NCBI RefSeq assembly: GCF_009914755.1
Contig: NC_060927.1
DNA length: 64,000 bases
DNA from: the human T2T-CHM13v2.0 reference genome, Homo sapiens
Strand: one strand, 5' to 3'
Each line of letters starts with the position of its first letter. Within the stretch, counting starts at the first letter, position 1. Positions 29,829 to 45,680 of the stretch are shown here, in pieces. The notes beneath the pieces are model-generated. The model made no database searches. It was not told the DNA's origin and was given only the letters and a program-made list of their open reading frames with translations. Both the position numbers and the translations under genes were made by a program.

Positions 29829-31339
29829 TTAAATTTTGAAGAACATACTCGGGAATTTCAGAATTATATTTAAGTCTTCAATGCAATTATTCTCAGACTT
29901 TTTTCCCCAAGACATTCATATAATTTAACCATGCTATTGCACTTTGGAAGCTAAGAACCGTTCTTCTCTTTATAGAAAGCATTATTAGCTACCATCACAC
30001 ATGTTTAAATTAAACTCAAGAATTTTTATTTATTTTTAAGACCAAAAAAGATTGCAGAGAACTAAAAAAGAAAAGAAAAATGTGTTCACAGCTTCAGTAT
30101 TTTATCTCCTAGCTAAAAATTCACCATACATGAGACTATACATCAGAATAAAAAAAAAAAAACCTAACAAGTTTGAGGAAAATGGGAAATCATTCTTAGC
30201 ATAGAGCCTAATCTATAATGTCTTGGTTAATTTCTAATGGTGAAATAACGCTAAATCAAATATACAGTAGTCTGTTTCTTTTTACTAAGATTGACCTTAT
30301 AAAAACAAAGTTATAATGTTTTTCTAAGCACTTTTCATTGGACAAAAATGAATTTCTTCTACAGTTCCTCATTAGACAAAATGAAAAATGTTCGTATAAA
30401 ACATGGACTTGTGTGTGATTATCCAACCAAGTAAAATTATGACTGACAGGCAGAAAATAATGACTTTGAGATAATAGCTGTACTGAATCAGATGACTTAT
30501 GCAAATCTGTTATCATTGGTTACCATTTGAGTCCTGTTCTGATTCTTTTGCCTTTCCAGCCTTACATTAAAACGAGCTCATTTCTCATAGATCAGATTAT
30601 GTTTTTATTTACAAAAACTAAAGTCCTAATCTAATTGATTACTTGGAAATATATATCAAGAAATTATGTTGCAATATCAGATTTTGACATTAAATCAAAT
30701 AAATTTCAGAGTCTCTTTCATGTCTTATTCATTTTCTATAAACAGTTATAGATTTTTAAAAACTGATTTCTCTAGCATGTATGCACACATCTCAGCAGAA
30801 GTAATTGCTTCCCCTTCCAGTACATTTCTAGTGTCATTATTTAGTTTTTACTTTTTATTATTCTTATCTCTACATTCCAAAATTCCCCTACTTCTCCATT
30901 TTTCATTTATCACTTCAAACTCCTGGTAACAAATCATTAGCTACTAATGCAACCTGCTTCCTGGCACATAGAAATATGTTCAATAAATATATATTAGGTG
31001 AATAACTCAATAAGTAATAAAATACCCTACTTGTTTATGTTTTATTTTGCATTCCAAAGAAATACTTCTAGCAATAGAAATAGTCCCATGAGCTACTTTT
31101 ATTACCATATTCAATCTTGCTTTTATATGGTAAACTGTTTAAGGACTTATAATTATGAATAGTAAGAGGAAGTTCTAGCCAGAGCAATCAGGCAAGAGAA
31201 AGAAATAAAAGGCAACAAAACAGGAAAAGAAAATGTCAAACTGTTTCTATTCACAGATGATATAATTCTATAGCTAGAAAACCCTAAAAATTCTGCCAAA
31301 AGGCTCCTGGAAATGATAAACAACTTCAGTGAAGTTTGA

Positions 31340-31803
<464 letters not shown>

Positions 31804-32957
31804 TAAAGTTCTCTACAAGGATACCTATGAAACATTGCTGAAAGGAATCATAGATTACATAAACAAATGTAATAACATTTCATCCTCGTGTATTGAAAGA
31901 ACTGATATAAAAATGGCCATAGTGCCCAAAGAAATCTACAGATTCAATGCTATTCTTATCAATCTACCAACATGATTTTTCACAGTTAGAAAAAGCTATT
32001 TTAAAATTGATATTTTACCAAAAAGGAGCTCAAAAATAGCCAAAGCAATCCTAAGCAAAAAGAATGAAGTCGGAGGCATCACATTGCCTGACTTCAAACA
32101 ATACTATAAGGCTACAGTAATCAAACAGCATGGCACAAAACAGACACATAGACTAATGGAATAGAATAGAGAACCTAGAAATAAAGTGGCACACCTATAG
32201 CCATCTGATCTTGGGCCAGTTAATAAAAATAAGAAATGGGGAAAGGAATCCCTATTCAATAAATGCAAATGGGATAGCTGGCTAACCACATACAGAAGAA
32301 TGAACCTGGATGCTTATACTTTTCACCACACACAAAAACTAACTCAAGATAGATTAAAGATTTAAGTGTAAGACCTCAAACTATAAAAATTCTGGAAGAA
32401 AATCTAGGAAACACCATCCTGAACATCAGCCTTGAAAAAGAATTTCTGAATAAGTTCTCAAGAGCAATTGCAACAAAAACCAAAATTGACAAGTGGGACC
32501 TAATTAAACTAAAGAGCTTCTGCACAGCAAGAGAAAATATCAACAGAGTAAACAGTCTACAGAATGGGAGAAAATGTCTGCAAACTATGCCTCCGATAAA
32601 GCTGTAATATCCAGAATCTATAAGGAACTTAAGTCAAGAAGCAAAAAACAAATAACTCCATTAAAAAATAGGCAAAAGACATGAACAGATACTTCGCAAA
32701 AGAAAACATACAAGTGGCCAATAAACATATGAAAAATGCTCGTCAGCACTAATCATCAGAGAAACGCAAATCAAAACCACAGTGAGATACCCTCTCACAC
32801 TAGTCAGAATGGTTACATTACCATTAAAAAGTAAAAAAAACAACAGGTGCTGGTGAGACTATGGAGAAAAGAGAACACTTTTACACTGTTGGGGGGATGT
32901 AAATTAGTTCAGCCAATGTGGAAAGCAGTTTGGAGATTTCTCAAAGAACTTAAAATA

Positions 32958-34880
32958 TGTGTTTCTGTCCCCTCTTATTTCCTTGAGCAGTGGTTTGTCA
33001 TTCTCCTTGAAGAGGTCCTTCACATCCCTTGTTACTGTATTCCTAGGTATTTTATTCTCTTTGTAGCAATTGTGAATGCGAGTTCATTCATGATTTGGCT
33101 CTCTGCTTGTCTATTGTTGGTATATAGGAGTGCTTGTGATTTGTGCACATTGATTTTATATCCTGAGACTTGGCTGAAGTTGCTTATTATCATGGATAGG
33201 AAGAATAAATACAACAGGGGCCATACTGCTCAAAGCAATTTATAGATTCAATGCTATTCCCACCAAACTACCATTGACATTCTCCACGGAATTGGAAAAA
33301 ACTACTTTAAATTTCATATGGAACCAAAAAAAGAGTCCATATAGCCAAGACAATCCCAAGCAAAAAGAACAAAGCTGGAATCATCATGCTACCTGCCTTC
33401 AAACTATACTACAAGGCTACAATAACCAAAACAGCATGGTACTGGTAACTAAAGAGACATATAGATCAATGGAACAGAGCAGAGACCTCAGACATAACAT
33501 CACACATCTACGACCATCTGATCTTTGACAAACCGGACAAAACAAGCAATAGGAAAAGGATTCCCTATTTAATAAATGGTGCTGGGAAAACTGGTTAGCC
33601 ATATACAGAAAACCGAAACTGGGCCTATTCCTTACACCTTATACAAAAATTAACTCAAGATAGATTAAAGACTTAAATGTGAAACCCAAAACCATAAAAA
33701 CCCTAGAGGAAAACCTAGGCAATACCATTCAGGACATAGCCATGGGCAAAGACTTCATGACAAAAACACCAAAAGCAATTGCAGCAAAAGCCCAAATTGA
33801 CAACTGAGTTGTAGTTAAACTAAAGAGCTTCTGCACAGCAAAAAAACAAAACAAAACAAAACAAACAAAAACCAAAAACAAAAACAAAAAAAAAAACTGT
33901 CATTAGAGTGAACAGGCAACCTACAGAATGGGAGAAAAATTTTGTAATCTACACACCTGACAAAGGTCTAATATCCAGAATATACAAGGAACTTAAACAA
34001 ATTTACAAGAAAAAAACAAACAGCCCCATCAAAAAGTGGAAAAATGATGTGTACAGACACTTCTCAAAAGAAGACATTTATGTGGCCAAGAAACATATGA
34101 AAAAAAGCTCAAAATCATTGATCATTAGAGAAATGCAAATCAAAACCACAATGAGATACCATCTCATGCCAGCCAGAATGGCGATTATTAAAAAGTCAAG
34201 AAGCAATAGATGCTGGTAAGGCTGTGGAGGAATAGGAATGGTTTTCCACTGTTGGTGGGAATGTAAATTAGTTCAGCCACTGTGGAAGACAGTGTAACAT
34301 TTCCTCAAGGATCTAGAACCAGAAATACAATTTGACTCAGCAATCCCATTAGGGGGTATATACCCAAAGGAATATAAATCATTCTACTATGAAGACACAC
34401 CCACACGTATATTTATTGCAGTACTATTTACAATAGCTAAGACATGGAACCAACCCAAATGCCCATTGAAGATAGACTGGATAAAGAAAATGTGGTACAT
34501 ATACACCATGGAATACTATGCATACATAAAAACAAATGAGATTATGTCCTTTGCAGGGACATGGATAAAGCTGGAAGGCATCATCCTCAGCAAACTAACA
34601 CAAGAACAGAAAACCAAACACCGCATGTTCTCACTCATAAGTGGGAGTTGAACAATGAGATCACATGAACACAGGGAGGAGAACAACATACACCAGGGGC
34701 CAGCCAGAGGGTGAGGGGTGAGGGGAAGAATAGCATTAGGACAATAACTAATGTATGCGGAGCTTAAAACCTAAATGACAGGTTGATAGGTGCAGCAAAC
34801 CACCATGCCACACGTATACCTATGTAACAAACCTACACATTCTGCACTTGTATCCTGGAACTTAAAGGAAGATTAAAAAA
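32958..34880 (+). mobile_element. Nested 5'-inverted L1 (L1PA8-11-like)
   Basis: Antisense L1 at 32958-33187, then sense L1 through 3'UTR and A tail; TSD AAAGAA(CT/GG)TAAAATA at 32943-32957 and 34881-34895. Confidence 0.9.
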
Positions 34881-35689
34881 AAAGAAGGTAAAATAAAACT
34901 ACCATTTGACTCAGCAATCCCATTACTGGGTATATACCTGAAAGAAAACACATCACTCTAACAAAAAGACACATGCGCTTGTTTGCTCATCGCTGCATTA
35001 TCCACAATAGCAAAGATATGGAATCAACTTAGGTGCCCATCAATGGTGGATTGGAATAAGAAAATGTGGTATATACATACATTGGACTACTACACGGCCA
35101 TGAAAAGGAACAAAATCTTGTCTTTTGCAGCAACATTGATGCAGCTCGAGGCCATTATCCTAAGTAAATTAACAGAGGAACATAAAACCAAATACCATAT
35201 GTTCTCACTTATAAGTGGGAGCTAAACATTGGTTACTCATGGACTTAAAGATGAGGACAATAGCCACTAGGAATGAATAGAAGGGAGAGGTATGGAGGGG
35301 AGCAATAGTTAGGTTTTTTAGGATTAAAACTAGAAATACGAATTAGTTTTTGGGAGTTTTAATCCTAAAAAACTAACTATTGGATACTATGCTCACTACC
35401 TGGGTGACGGGATCATTCATATCCCAAACTCAGTATCACGCAATATACTCATCTAGCAAACCTGTACATGTACTCTCTGAATCTAAAATAAAAGTTGAAA
35501 TTGTTTTTAAAAAGAATATTAAAGTATATTGTTCATTTGATTTTATCATCATATATCGAGTTCCATTTTGCTTCTCATGTGTGGATGCAAGGGAGCAGCA
35601 TTTGAACTTTTATTGCAATCTTTTGTCTTTTGAGTCTAGGATACTGTGGAAAATTTAAGTATTGCTTCCACTTTCTCTCCTTCCCCCTC

Positions 35690-36105
35690 ACTGATGTGCT
35701 TGGCCATCTAACTTTCTAGTCCCCACAAAAGGCAGAGCACGCTTTCCTGTCCCATGTTTTTCATGTGGCTGTATGGCTTGCTTTAGCCAATGGGATGTTA
35801 GTAGTCATTCTGCAAATAGATGTTTGAAATATGCTTGTATGTTTGGTCATTCATTCTTTATTTCCTTCATTGCCACAGAAAGTCATGCCCAGGTGGCTCA
35901 CCAAGCTGGAGAAGGGACAAGAGACCTCTGGAGCTTCGCCTTTATAGCTGATTGCTTTTTGAATCCCAGCCATCCCAGCCTCCACAGTCTGAAGCAGAAA
36001 CATCTCATCCAAACTGCATTTGTGTGAGCAAGAAATAAATGCAGACAGTTATATGCCAAGGAGATTTTATAGTTGCTTGTTATGTAATAACAATGACTAA
36101 TAGAG
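35690..36105 (+). mobile_element. MLT1 (I/J-like) LTR
   Basis: ttgctttagccaatgggatgttag...tgtgagcaagaaataaat...gttgcttgttatgta. Confidence 0.65.
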
Positions 36106-36189
36106 AAATGATTGAAGAGTACTGAATCACAACATTACTAGCTCAACCTGCTCCCCAGAAAATTGCTAATAAAGACAATAATAACAAGA

Positions 36190-36420
36190 ATTCCCTCTTA
36201 TTAATGCCTATCAAATGCCAGCAATAACTAGATGCTTTGCACATTGTAATCTCATTTTATCCTAGGAAGACAACAACTCTGTGAAGTTGGTGATCTTATC
36301 CCTATTTCATTCCCAGGAAATTAGGATTCAGAAATGGCTTATAGATTTTCAGAGATCACAAAGTTAAGAAGTATCAATTCCAAGCTTACAAACCAAAGAC
36401 TTTAGACTATAAAATCCCTA
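36190..36420 (-). mobile_element. MIR
   Basis: ctcattttatcc...aacaactctgtgaag...gatcacaaagttaagaagt. Confidence 0.55.
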
Positions 36421-36948
36421 CCTGTTAGCTGGTGCCAATGTGGCAAGATTTACCTTTACTTCTCTTCAGCTTATCTTTCCATCATTCCATTCCCACATTT
36501 CCACTCCCATTCCCCAGCCCATGTAATTCCTATTGAGTGCTGTAACTTTATTCTATTTAATGCTAAGTTGTAAGGGCTCAGAATTTAAGTTGCCTTTCAT
36601 GGTATCCTAATTTTGGTAGTAGGGAATAGATAGGCATAGATGGGGTGAAAAAATGCGTTCATATATTTGTAGAATGCTCATAGCAAAAAACAAAATGAAG
36701 TTATCTTAACTATGTCAAAAGTTTTAGTGAATCCAAATAATGTACACACAAAAAAAATTTTAAATAAAAGCAAGAGTTGCATAAGAAACAAATATTTAGG
36801 AAGAATTGGGATGTCTATCGCCACCCACAAAATTAGAGAGTTATTATATCCCCTGATTGTAGATCAGGAACAGTAGTCAAAGGGATTATTTAAAAATGCA
36901 AATCTGATTATGTCGCTTACATTTTAATAGGTAGAGACAGTCAGTAAT

Positions 36949-37301
36949 TGCTATGGCCTGAATGTTTGTGTCCTAAAATTCATATGTTGAAACCTAATTA
37001 TCAAAGTGATGGTATTATCATGTAGGCCTCTGGCAAATGATTCGATTTTGAAGATGGAGCCTGTATGAATGGGATTAGCGTCCTTATAAAACAGACACAA
37101 GGAAGCTCATTGGCTCTTTCTACCCTGTGAGCATGCAAAAAGAAGGTACCAATTATGAAGCAGAATGTGGGTCCCCACGAGATGCTGAATCTGTTCGTAC
37201 CTTGATTTTAGATCTTCCAGCCTGTGGAAATGTGAGAAATAAATTTTTTTAAACCACGTAGTCTATGGCATTTGTTATAGCAGCATATACAGATTAAGGC
37301 A
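36949..37301 (+). mobile_element. MLT1A/MSTD-like solo LTR
   Basis: TGCTATGG...TAAGGCA with perfect 5-bp TSD GTAAT (36944-36948, 37302-37306). Confidence 0.88.
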
Positions 37302-37374
37302 GTAATTTTACAGATTGGTAGGTTTTAGAAAGAGACACAGGTTTTGAGGAAACTTGTGTCCCTTTTGAAAAGGG

Positions 37375-38960
<1,586 letters not shown>

Positions 38961-39840
38961 TGTCTGTGGTAACTGGTTTGGTGTCATTTGTTTAACAAAG
39001 TTCAACCCACACAACTGTACGGTCCTTCAGAACAGAAGACAGAAGCCCTGTCTGTCTTATCAACCATTTCATGTCCATGGCCTACATATTACCGGGCACT
39101 GAGTAGAAACTCAGCATATAGTTATTGAAGAGGGATGGACAGATGAATCAATGTACACATGGATGAGCTTCACATAGTAAATAAGTCTCCTCCCACTTTT
39201 AGTGTAAAAGATGCAGGTTCATTGTTTATTTGCATTCTACATAGAAGCCAATGACGTGGTCTGAGCACTTAAAAGCATTATATGAAATGAACCAACCCAC
39301 ATATCTGACTATGATCAATGGAAGAGAAAAGCAACAACATGGTCTCACACTCTCACTTCAATAAAAGATAATATTGAAATAGCTCATGTCATCTGAGATG
39401 ACTGTTATCAGTTCTGATTTTTGAGTAAGGAATGGCCCTGTCTGTTGTGTACATTTGTGAAATATTCCCCATGGAGTTCCTTCTGAGATCACATTAATGT
39501 GATGTTTTAAAAAACATGCGCTAATTATAAATCAAAATTTGCAAGTATCCTAAATTCATTCATTAGTTATTCTGGAGCTGCTAAGCATTTAACACTTTTG
39601 CATTTTTTCAGTGTAACCGAAATCCCTTGAGCACTTTTATTGTGAAAATAAATAAAATGCTCACTAATGAAAGTAACACAAAGAAATTTGGATTCTTGCT
39701 GGTCACAGATGAGATTAGAAAAACATGAGGCTTTGTTGAAACATGACTGATTTTTTCTTAGCAAGAATATGAATAAAATTCAAGAAAATTTGATCCATTT
39801 TTATCGCATTTTTTGCATACATGGACTCAAATTACAAATA

Positions 39841-39864
39841 ACACACACACACACACACACACAC
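39841..39864. repeat. (CA)n microsatellite
   Basis: Directly visible. Confidence 0.95.
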
Positions 39865-40181
39865 TCCCCAAGAAACATGCATATGAATAACTAATTTTGT
39901 TTCATATAGCTAGAGATTTTACACATCTCTATGAAAAAAGTTCAGCAGAGGTAGGGAGAAATGAAAACTGAGCAAAGATTAGCACATCAAATTAGCTCAC
40001 ATGAAAAGCCCCCAAAGTGTATTATTTTGTTAAGAAATAAAAATGAAGTTCCTCACTGGTAAAAGAATTATCTGGTTAACTGCTCACCCAAGTCTCCACC
40101 TTAACTGGCTTTTGTAGATACAGTTTGATTGAAGTACTTCTGAGAATTAAAATGTAAAGCCAATTTAAAGTTTACACTACA

Positions 40182-41908
40182 CAGGCATGTGTCACTTAAT
40201 GATGGGATACATCTGAGAAATGAGACATTATGTGAGTTTATTGTCGTGTGAACTTTGTAGAATGTGCGTACGCAAACCTAGATAGTACAGCCTAATACAC
40301 ACATAAGTTCTATGAGACAGCCTGTTGCTTGTAAGAAGCATATTATTGGATTGAATACTGTAGGCACTTGTAACAAATAGTTAAGTACTTGTGTTTCTAA
40401 CCAGATCTAAACATAGGAAACGTACAGTAAAAATATGGTATAAAATAGGGTTCTCTAAACTCTGGGCCACAGACTGATACCAGTCCATGGCCTGTTAGAA
40501 ACTGGGCTTCACACCAGGAGGTGAGCCGTGGGTGAGCAAGGGAAGCTTAATCTGTATTTACAGCCACTACTCACCACCTGCATTACTACCTGAGCTCTTC
40601 ATCCTGTCAGATCAGTGGTGGCATTAGATTCTCACAGGAGCGTGAACCCTATTGTGAACTGTGCTTTTGAAGGATCTAGGTTGCACGCTCCTTAAGAGAA
40701 TCTAAAGCCTGATGATCCGTCACTGTCTCTCATCACCCCCAGATGGGACAGTCTAGTTACAAGACAACAAGTTCAAGGCTCCCACTGTCTCTACATTATG
40801 ATGAGTTATATAATAATTTCATTATATATTACAATGTAATAATAATAGAAATAAAGTGCACAATAAATGTTATCTGCTTGAGTCATCCCAAAACCATCCC
40901 TCCACTCTGGCCCGTGGAAAAATTATCTTCCACTAAACCAGTTCCTGGTGCCAAAAAAGTTGAGGACCTGCTGGTATAAAAGATAAAAAATATCACACCT
41001 GTCTAAGTCACTTACCATGAACGGAGCTTGCAGGACTGGAAACTGTCTTGGGTGAGTCAGTGAGTGAGTGGTGAGTGAATGTGAAGGCCTAGGACATTAC
41101 TGTGCACTACTGTAGACTTTATAAATATCATACATGACATTAAATTTACTTAAAAATGTCATTCTTCAATCATAAACTAACCTTAGTTTGTTGTATCTTT
41201 TTTATGTTATAAACTGTTAAATTTTTTTAACTTTTTGACCCCTTTGTAATAACATTTAGCTTAAGCCACAAACACATTATACAGCTGTACAAACATATTT
41301 TCTTTATTATATCCTCAATCTATAAGTTTTTTTCTATTCCTAATTTTTATTTTATTTTTTGGCTTTTAAAACTTTTTTGGTAAAAACTAAGACACAAATA
41401 TACACAATAACATAGGCCGACACAGAGTCAGAATCCCCAATACCACTGTCTTCCACCTCTACATCTTGTCACACTGGACGGTCTTCAGGGGTAATAACAT
41501 GCATGGAGCTGTCATCTCTAGGATAACAATGCCTTCTTCTGGAAAACCTTCTGAAGGACCTGCCTGAGGCTGTATTTACAGCTTACTTTCTTTTCTATAA
41601 GTCGAGTATACTCTAATGATAAAAATCATGGCATAGCAAATATATAAGCAAGTAACAGTCATTTATTGTCATTATCGAGCATTATGTACTGTACGTACTT
41701 GTATATGCTAGACTTTTATATGACTGGCAGTGCAGTACATTTGTTTATACAGCATCATCACCCACAACATGAGTAATGCCTTCCACTATGACATTGTAAC
41801 AGCTATGATGTCAGTAGGTGAGAGGAACGTGTCAGGTCCATTATAATCTTATGAGACCATTGTATATGTGGCCTGCCTTTGACCAAAACATTATGCAGCA
41901 CATGATAG
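40182..41908 (+). mobile_element. Tigger3b (MER7-type TcMar-Tigger) with nested MER1A
   Basis: TIR-like ends caggcatgtgtcacttaatgatg ... cattatgcagcacatgatag-TA; aaacctagat and gagtgagtggtgagtgaatgtgaaggcctaggacatt. Confidence 0.85.
40446..40973 (+). mobile_element. MER1A (hAT-Charlie)
   Basis: ~530 bp; perfect 8-bp TSD GTATAAAA at 40438-40445 and 40974-40981. Confidence 0.9.
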
Positions 41909-42324
41909 TATATTCTTCCTCTCTTAAACATTTCATCATAGTTAATATGAGTTTTTGAAAGTCATATAATATTGTCAATATGTGGATTTTTCAAATTGGC
42001 TCACAGGAATTCAAACTAGAAAATATAGCATTTTTAAAGACAAATTTATTTTGCTATAAAATTGACATCACACCAACTCAATTTGACTTTGAAAGTAAGG
42101 ATTTCCATGTTATTCATCTTGGAATAGTATAAATTGGTCAATGGTTTTTAGGTTTTTTTTCAGATAAACATTTTACAAATGTTTATAAGAAAAACAATTT
42201 GCCAAATATGTTTTCCCTAACTCTATTTTCTTAAGGAAATGTGGAGATATTAGAATGTCTGCCAGGTCTCTTATAAGGGAAGCTGAATTTGTTCTGATAA
42301 CAGAAGTTAAATGTTACAGATAAC

Positions 42325-42520
42325 AATTAAAGTGTTATTTAAATTATATATGCATATGGATATATAATTAAAATGTTATTTAAATTATATATCCATATGG
42401 ATATATAATTAAAATGTTATTTAAATTATATATCCATATGGATATATAATTAAAATTAAATTTAATTACATACACATATATAATTAAAATTAAATTTAAT
42501 TACGTATACGTATATATGTA
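42325..42520. repeat. AT-rich 41-bp tandem repeat (3 copies) plus a degenerate shorter repeat, palindrome-rich
   Basis: Unit aattaaaatgttatttaaattatatatccatatggatatat. Confidence 0.9.
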
Positions 42521-43211
42521 ACTTAAAATGGCTGTGTTTAAAAGAAACTTATCAAACATCTGCTTGAAAGTGAAGACATTTATCAAATCCATTAGGTAAT
42601 AGGTTAATCAGATAATTCATATTCTCCCTATTTCACATAACCTTGGATAATCAATAATTGGCTTCATTTTCCTTAACAAATTGTTTTTCAAATGACTTGG
42701 CTTTAATCTGGTCAAGCACATATTCAATACTGACATTTTTATAGTGTCCAATAAAGTGAGTGAGGTACAGATTCATGCCTCTGTGTGATACGGACCAGAC
42801 AAAGAAATCCATGAGTTCACAAGTATGTCTAATACATATGTCTTGGTAACATTTATTTTGTTTGTATAATAAAAAATTATATTGATTCAGTTGTTTCAGA
42901 TATGTACGACTGAACCCACAGTGCTGGGCTGCTCTCTGAATTCTTTGTAATCCCAGTTTCAGTATGCAAAATATTATTTAAATTAATTTAAAATATCTAC
43001 ATAAATGCATAAATAAAAGAATATTATGGAATGATATGCTGTCATTGAAACCCAAGACAAATCTTATATGGAAAGAATTTCTCTGTTTTGTCTCAGATGC
43101 TATTTATATTTACATTGATTGTAAAACAAGATTTGGAATCAGGTGCAGAATCTGCTCCTAATCCTAAATCGAAAGTGATTTGAATGAATGGCACCAGTTT
43201 TCTGAATTCTA

Positions 43212-43808
43212 CTGTATAAGCTTCATAAGCAAGATAGTGTGGCGATACCTCAGGAATCTAGAACTAGAAATATCATTTGACCCAGCTATCCCATTACTGG
43301 GTATACACCCAGAGGAATATAAATCATGCTGCTATAAAGACACATGCACACATATGTTTATTGCAGCACTACTCACAATAGCAAAGACTTGGAACCAACC
43401 CAAATGTTCAACAATGATAGACTGGATTAAGAAAATGTGGCACGTATACACCATGGAATACTATGCAGCCATAAAAAATGATGAGTTCATGTCCTTTGTA
43501 GGGGCATGGATGAAGCTGGAAACCATCATTCTCAGCAAGCTATCGCAAAGACAAAAAACCAAACACTGCATGTTCTCACTCAGAGGTGGGAATTAAACAA
43601 TGAGAACACTTGGACACAGGAAGGGGAACATCATACACCGGGGCCTGTTGTGGGGTAGGGGGAGGGGGGAAAGATAGCATTAGGAGATATATCTAATGTA
43701 AATGACAAGTTAATGGGTGCAGCACACCAACATGGCACATGTATACATATGTAACAAACCTGCACATTGTGTACATGTACCCTAGAACTTAAAGTATAAT
43801 TTAAAAAA
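43212..43808 (+). mobile_element. 5'-truncated L1PA4/5-like 3' end
   Basis: ORF2 C-terminus (DPAIPLLGI...GGN) and 3'UTR aatgtaaatgac/caccaacatggc/ccctagaact. Confidence 0.9.
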
Positions 43809-44949
43809 TGAGATGTAAATTAAAGGAATTTAATTTAAATTGGAGGATTTGATAAAAACGTGAGTGTCGTGTGACATCAATTCATGTATTAAATATAACT
43901 ATAACAATGTAACATTCAGAAATATTAAAATACTTTTAACTCTTAAGATATGAAGATGCCAGATAAGAGCCTTAAGCTTGTATTTTCCTTCTAATTGTTT
44001 TTCTTTCACTAACAGCTGATGATATTGTCAAGAAATACCAAGGATGTAATGTTGAAGCCTTTTAGATCTTTGAAGGATATTAAACTAAGAAAAATGCATT
44101 GACGGGGTTTTGCACAATCTGCATGACTGCCTAGGGTTGCATTCCTACTCAGAATTATTTAGTCTGTTCCAGGGTTCTATGTGGCCCTAATGACATCTAT
44201 AAAAAAAAATTGCTCATTTTCTTACCTTTATTTTCATTGCTTCATTGACTTTGTGTGGCATGTCCAGCACTTTAGACAGAACAACTTAAAATACGGCATA
44301 GGAAGCAGCGCCTCTGTCATGATATAAAACATAAATCACTAACTTTTTTGTGCCTTTGGCAAATTGTGATTGCTTTTCTACTCAAAAAATGCAGGTCACT
44401 GGCCTTCTGGCAAACTCTCTTCATCAGCAGTCTGAATGCTTTGTTTTGAACCAAAAGGAAAGGCAAGAGAAAATGTGCAAGTTTGGTTTATAAACCGGCA
44501 GGTTATTCATTCAGATAATTTTAAGAAAGCAAGCAGTGGAAATTTCGATGAGAAAATAACTTGAAGAAAGAGGGAGTCACCTTAGGGTGAAGACCTTTGG
44601 GTAGTAACTTAATGACCAGGCTAGAAACTATGTAATAAAAGGGCAATGAGTAGCAGATAACTTTGTGGTCATCACACAATGGGGACTTGAGATAGACAAT
44701 GGGAAGTACATGTATGTATGCGCTAATAGTTTCTAGCTTGATCTTAGAGCTCTCAGCCTATCTCTTGCTTTCTCCAAAAAAACCTCTTTCAAACCAAGAA
44801 GGATGTGTTCCTACAGCACCTAGCTCAGAAATATACACACATGTGCACGTGCACACACACACAGACACACACATCACATTACAAGATCTTTGAGTACACG
44901 GGCCTATAAATTATACTTAGATAGTACAATATAAGACAGAAGGTTAAAC

Positions 44950-45195
44950 CCTAACATAAAGAGCACATGTTGCAGATCTGGTTCTTGCATATACTACCTC
45001 AGTGGCCGTGGATCAGGTATTAAAAATCTGTTGAGACTTATTTTCTTCTCATGTGTAAATAGGGATTTTAATTTCCATTCTGTGTCATTGTAAAGCCTAA
45101 TTTGTATGTGATACAATGAGCAAATGCCAGACTATCTGCTGCACTTCCAGCACAGTGCTTTGCATATAGAAAGCACTCAATAAATTGATATTTTG
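44950..45195 (+). mobile_element. MIR, degraded
   Basis: gagacttattttcttctcatgtgtaaataggga...agcactcaataaat. Confidence 0.5.
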
Positions 45196-45680
45196 GTTGA
45201 GGTCAAATGGAGAGATGGAATATTCTTGCTGTCTTCCAAACTGATGATAGTTCATGAAATAGAAATTTCACTTGCTCTTCTGTGTTTGTAGTCCCAGGAA
45301 AATCAACCCTGGTAAAAATGGTACATCCACCCTCTATATCTGCCATTCATTTCTCTCCACCCTCTTTGACATTCCCCAGAGTAAGACAAATTTTCTGCCT
45401 TAGAGTTTAGTTCAGAGTGTGGCATCCATTAAGCTACATTCCTCTACTAACTGGGGTTAATGCAGTAATGGCTGATACTTATATGAGCCCTGACTTACCT
45501 ATGACTATCTCTTTAGGATTGCCAACAATGGGCTATAAAATATTCTATTCTTTCTTCTTTCTTCCTTCCATGTGATGAACTTTTCTGGATACTCTTTGAC
45601 GAGAAGAAGAATTTGACTATGGAGTTTTCTAGCTTCTCTAACTATGATTGAGGGGTGTGCTTAATTCAGAAAAAAGAATA

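Noticed and set aside
43212-43808. Target-site deletion at the truncated L1
   Set aside because: No TSD visible, but it cannot be told from decay without the empty allele
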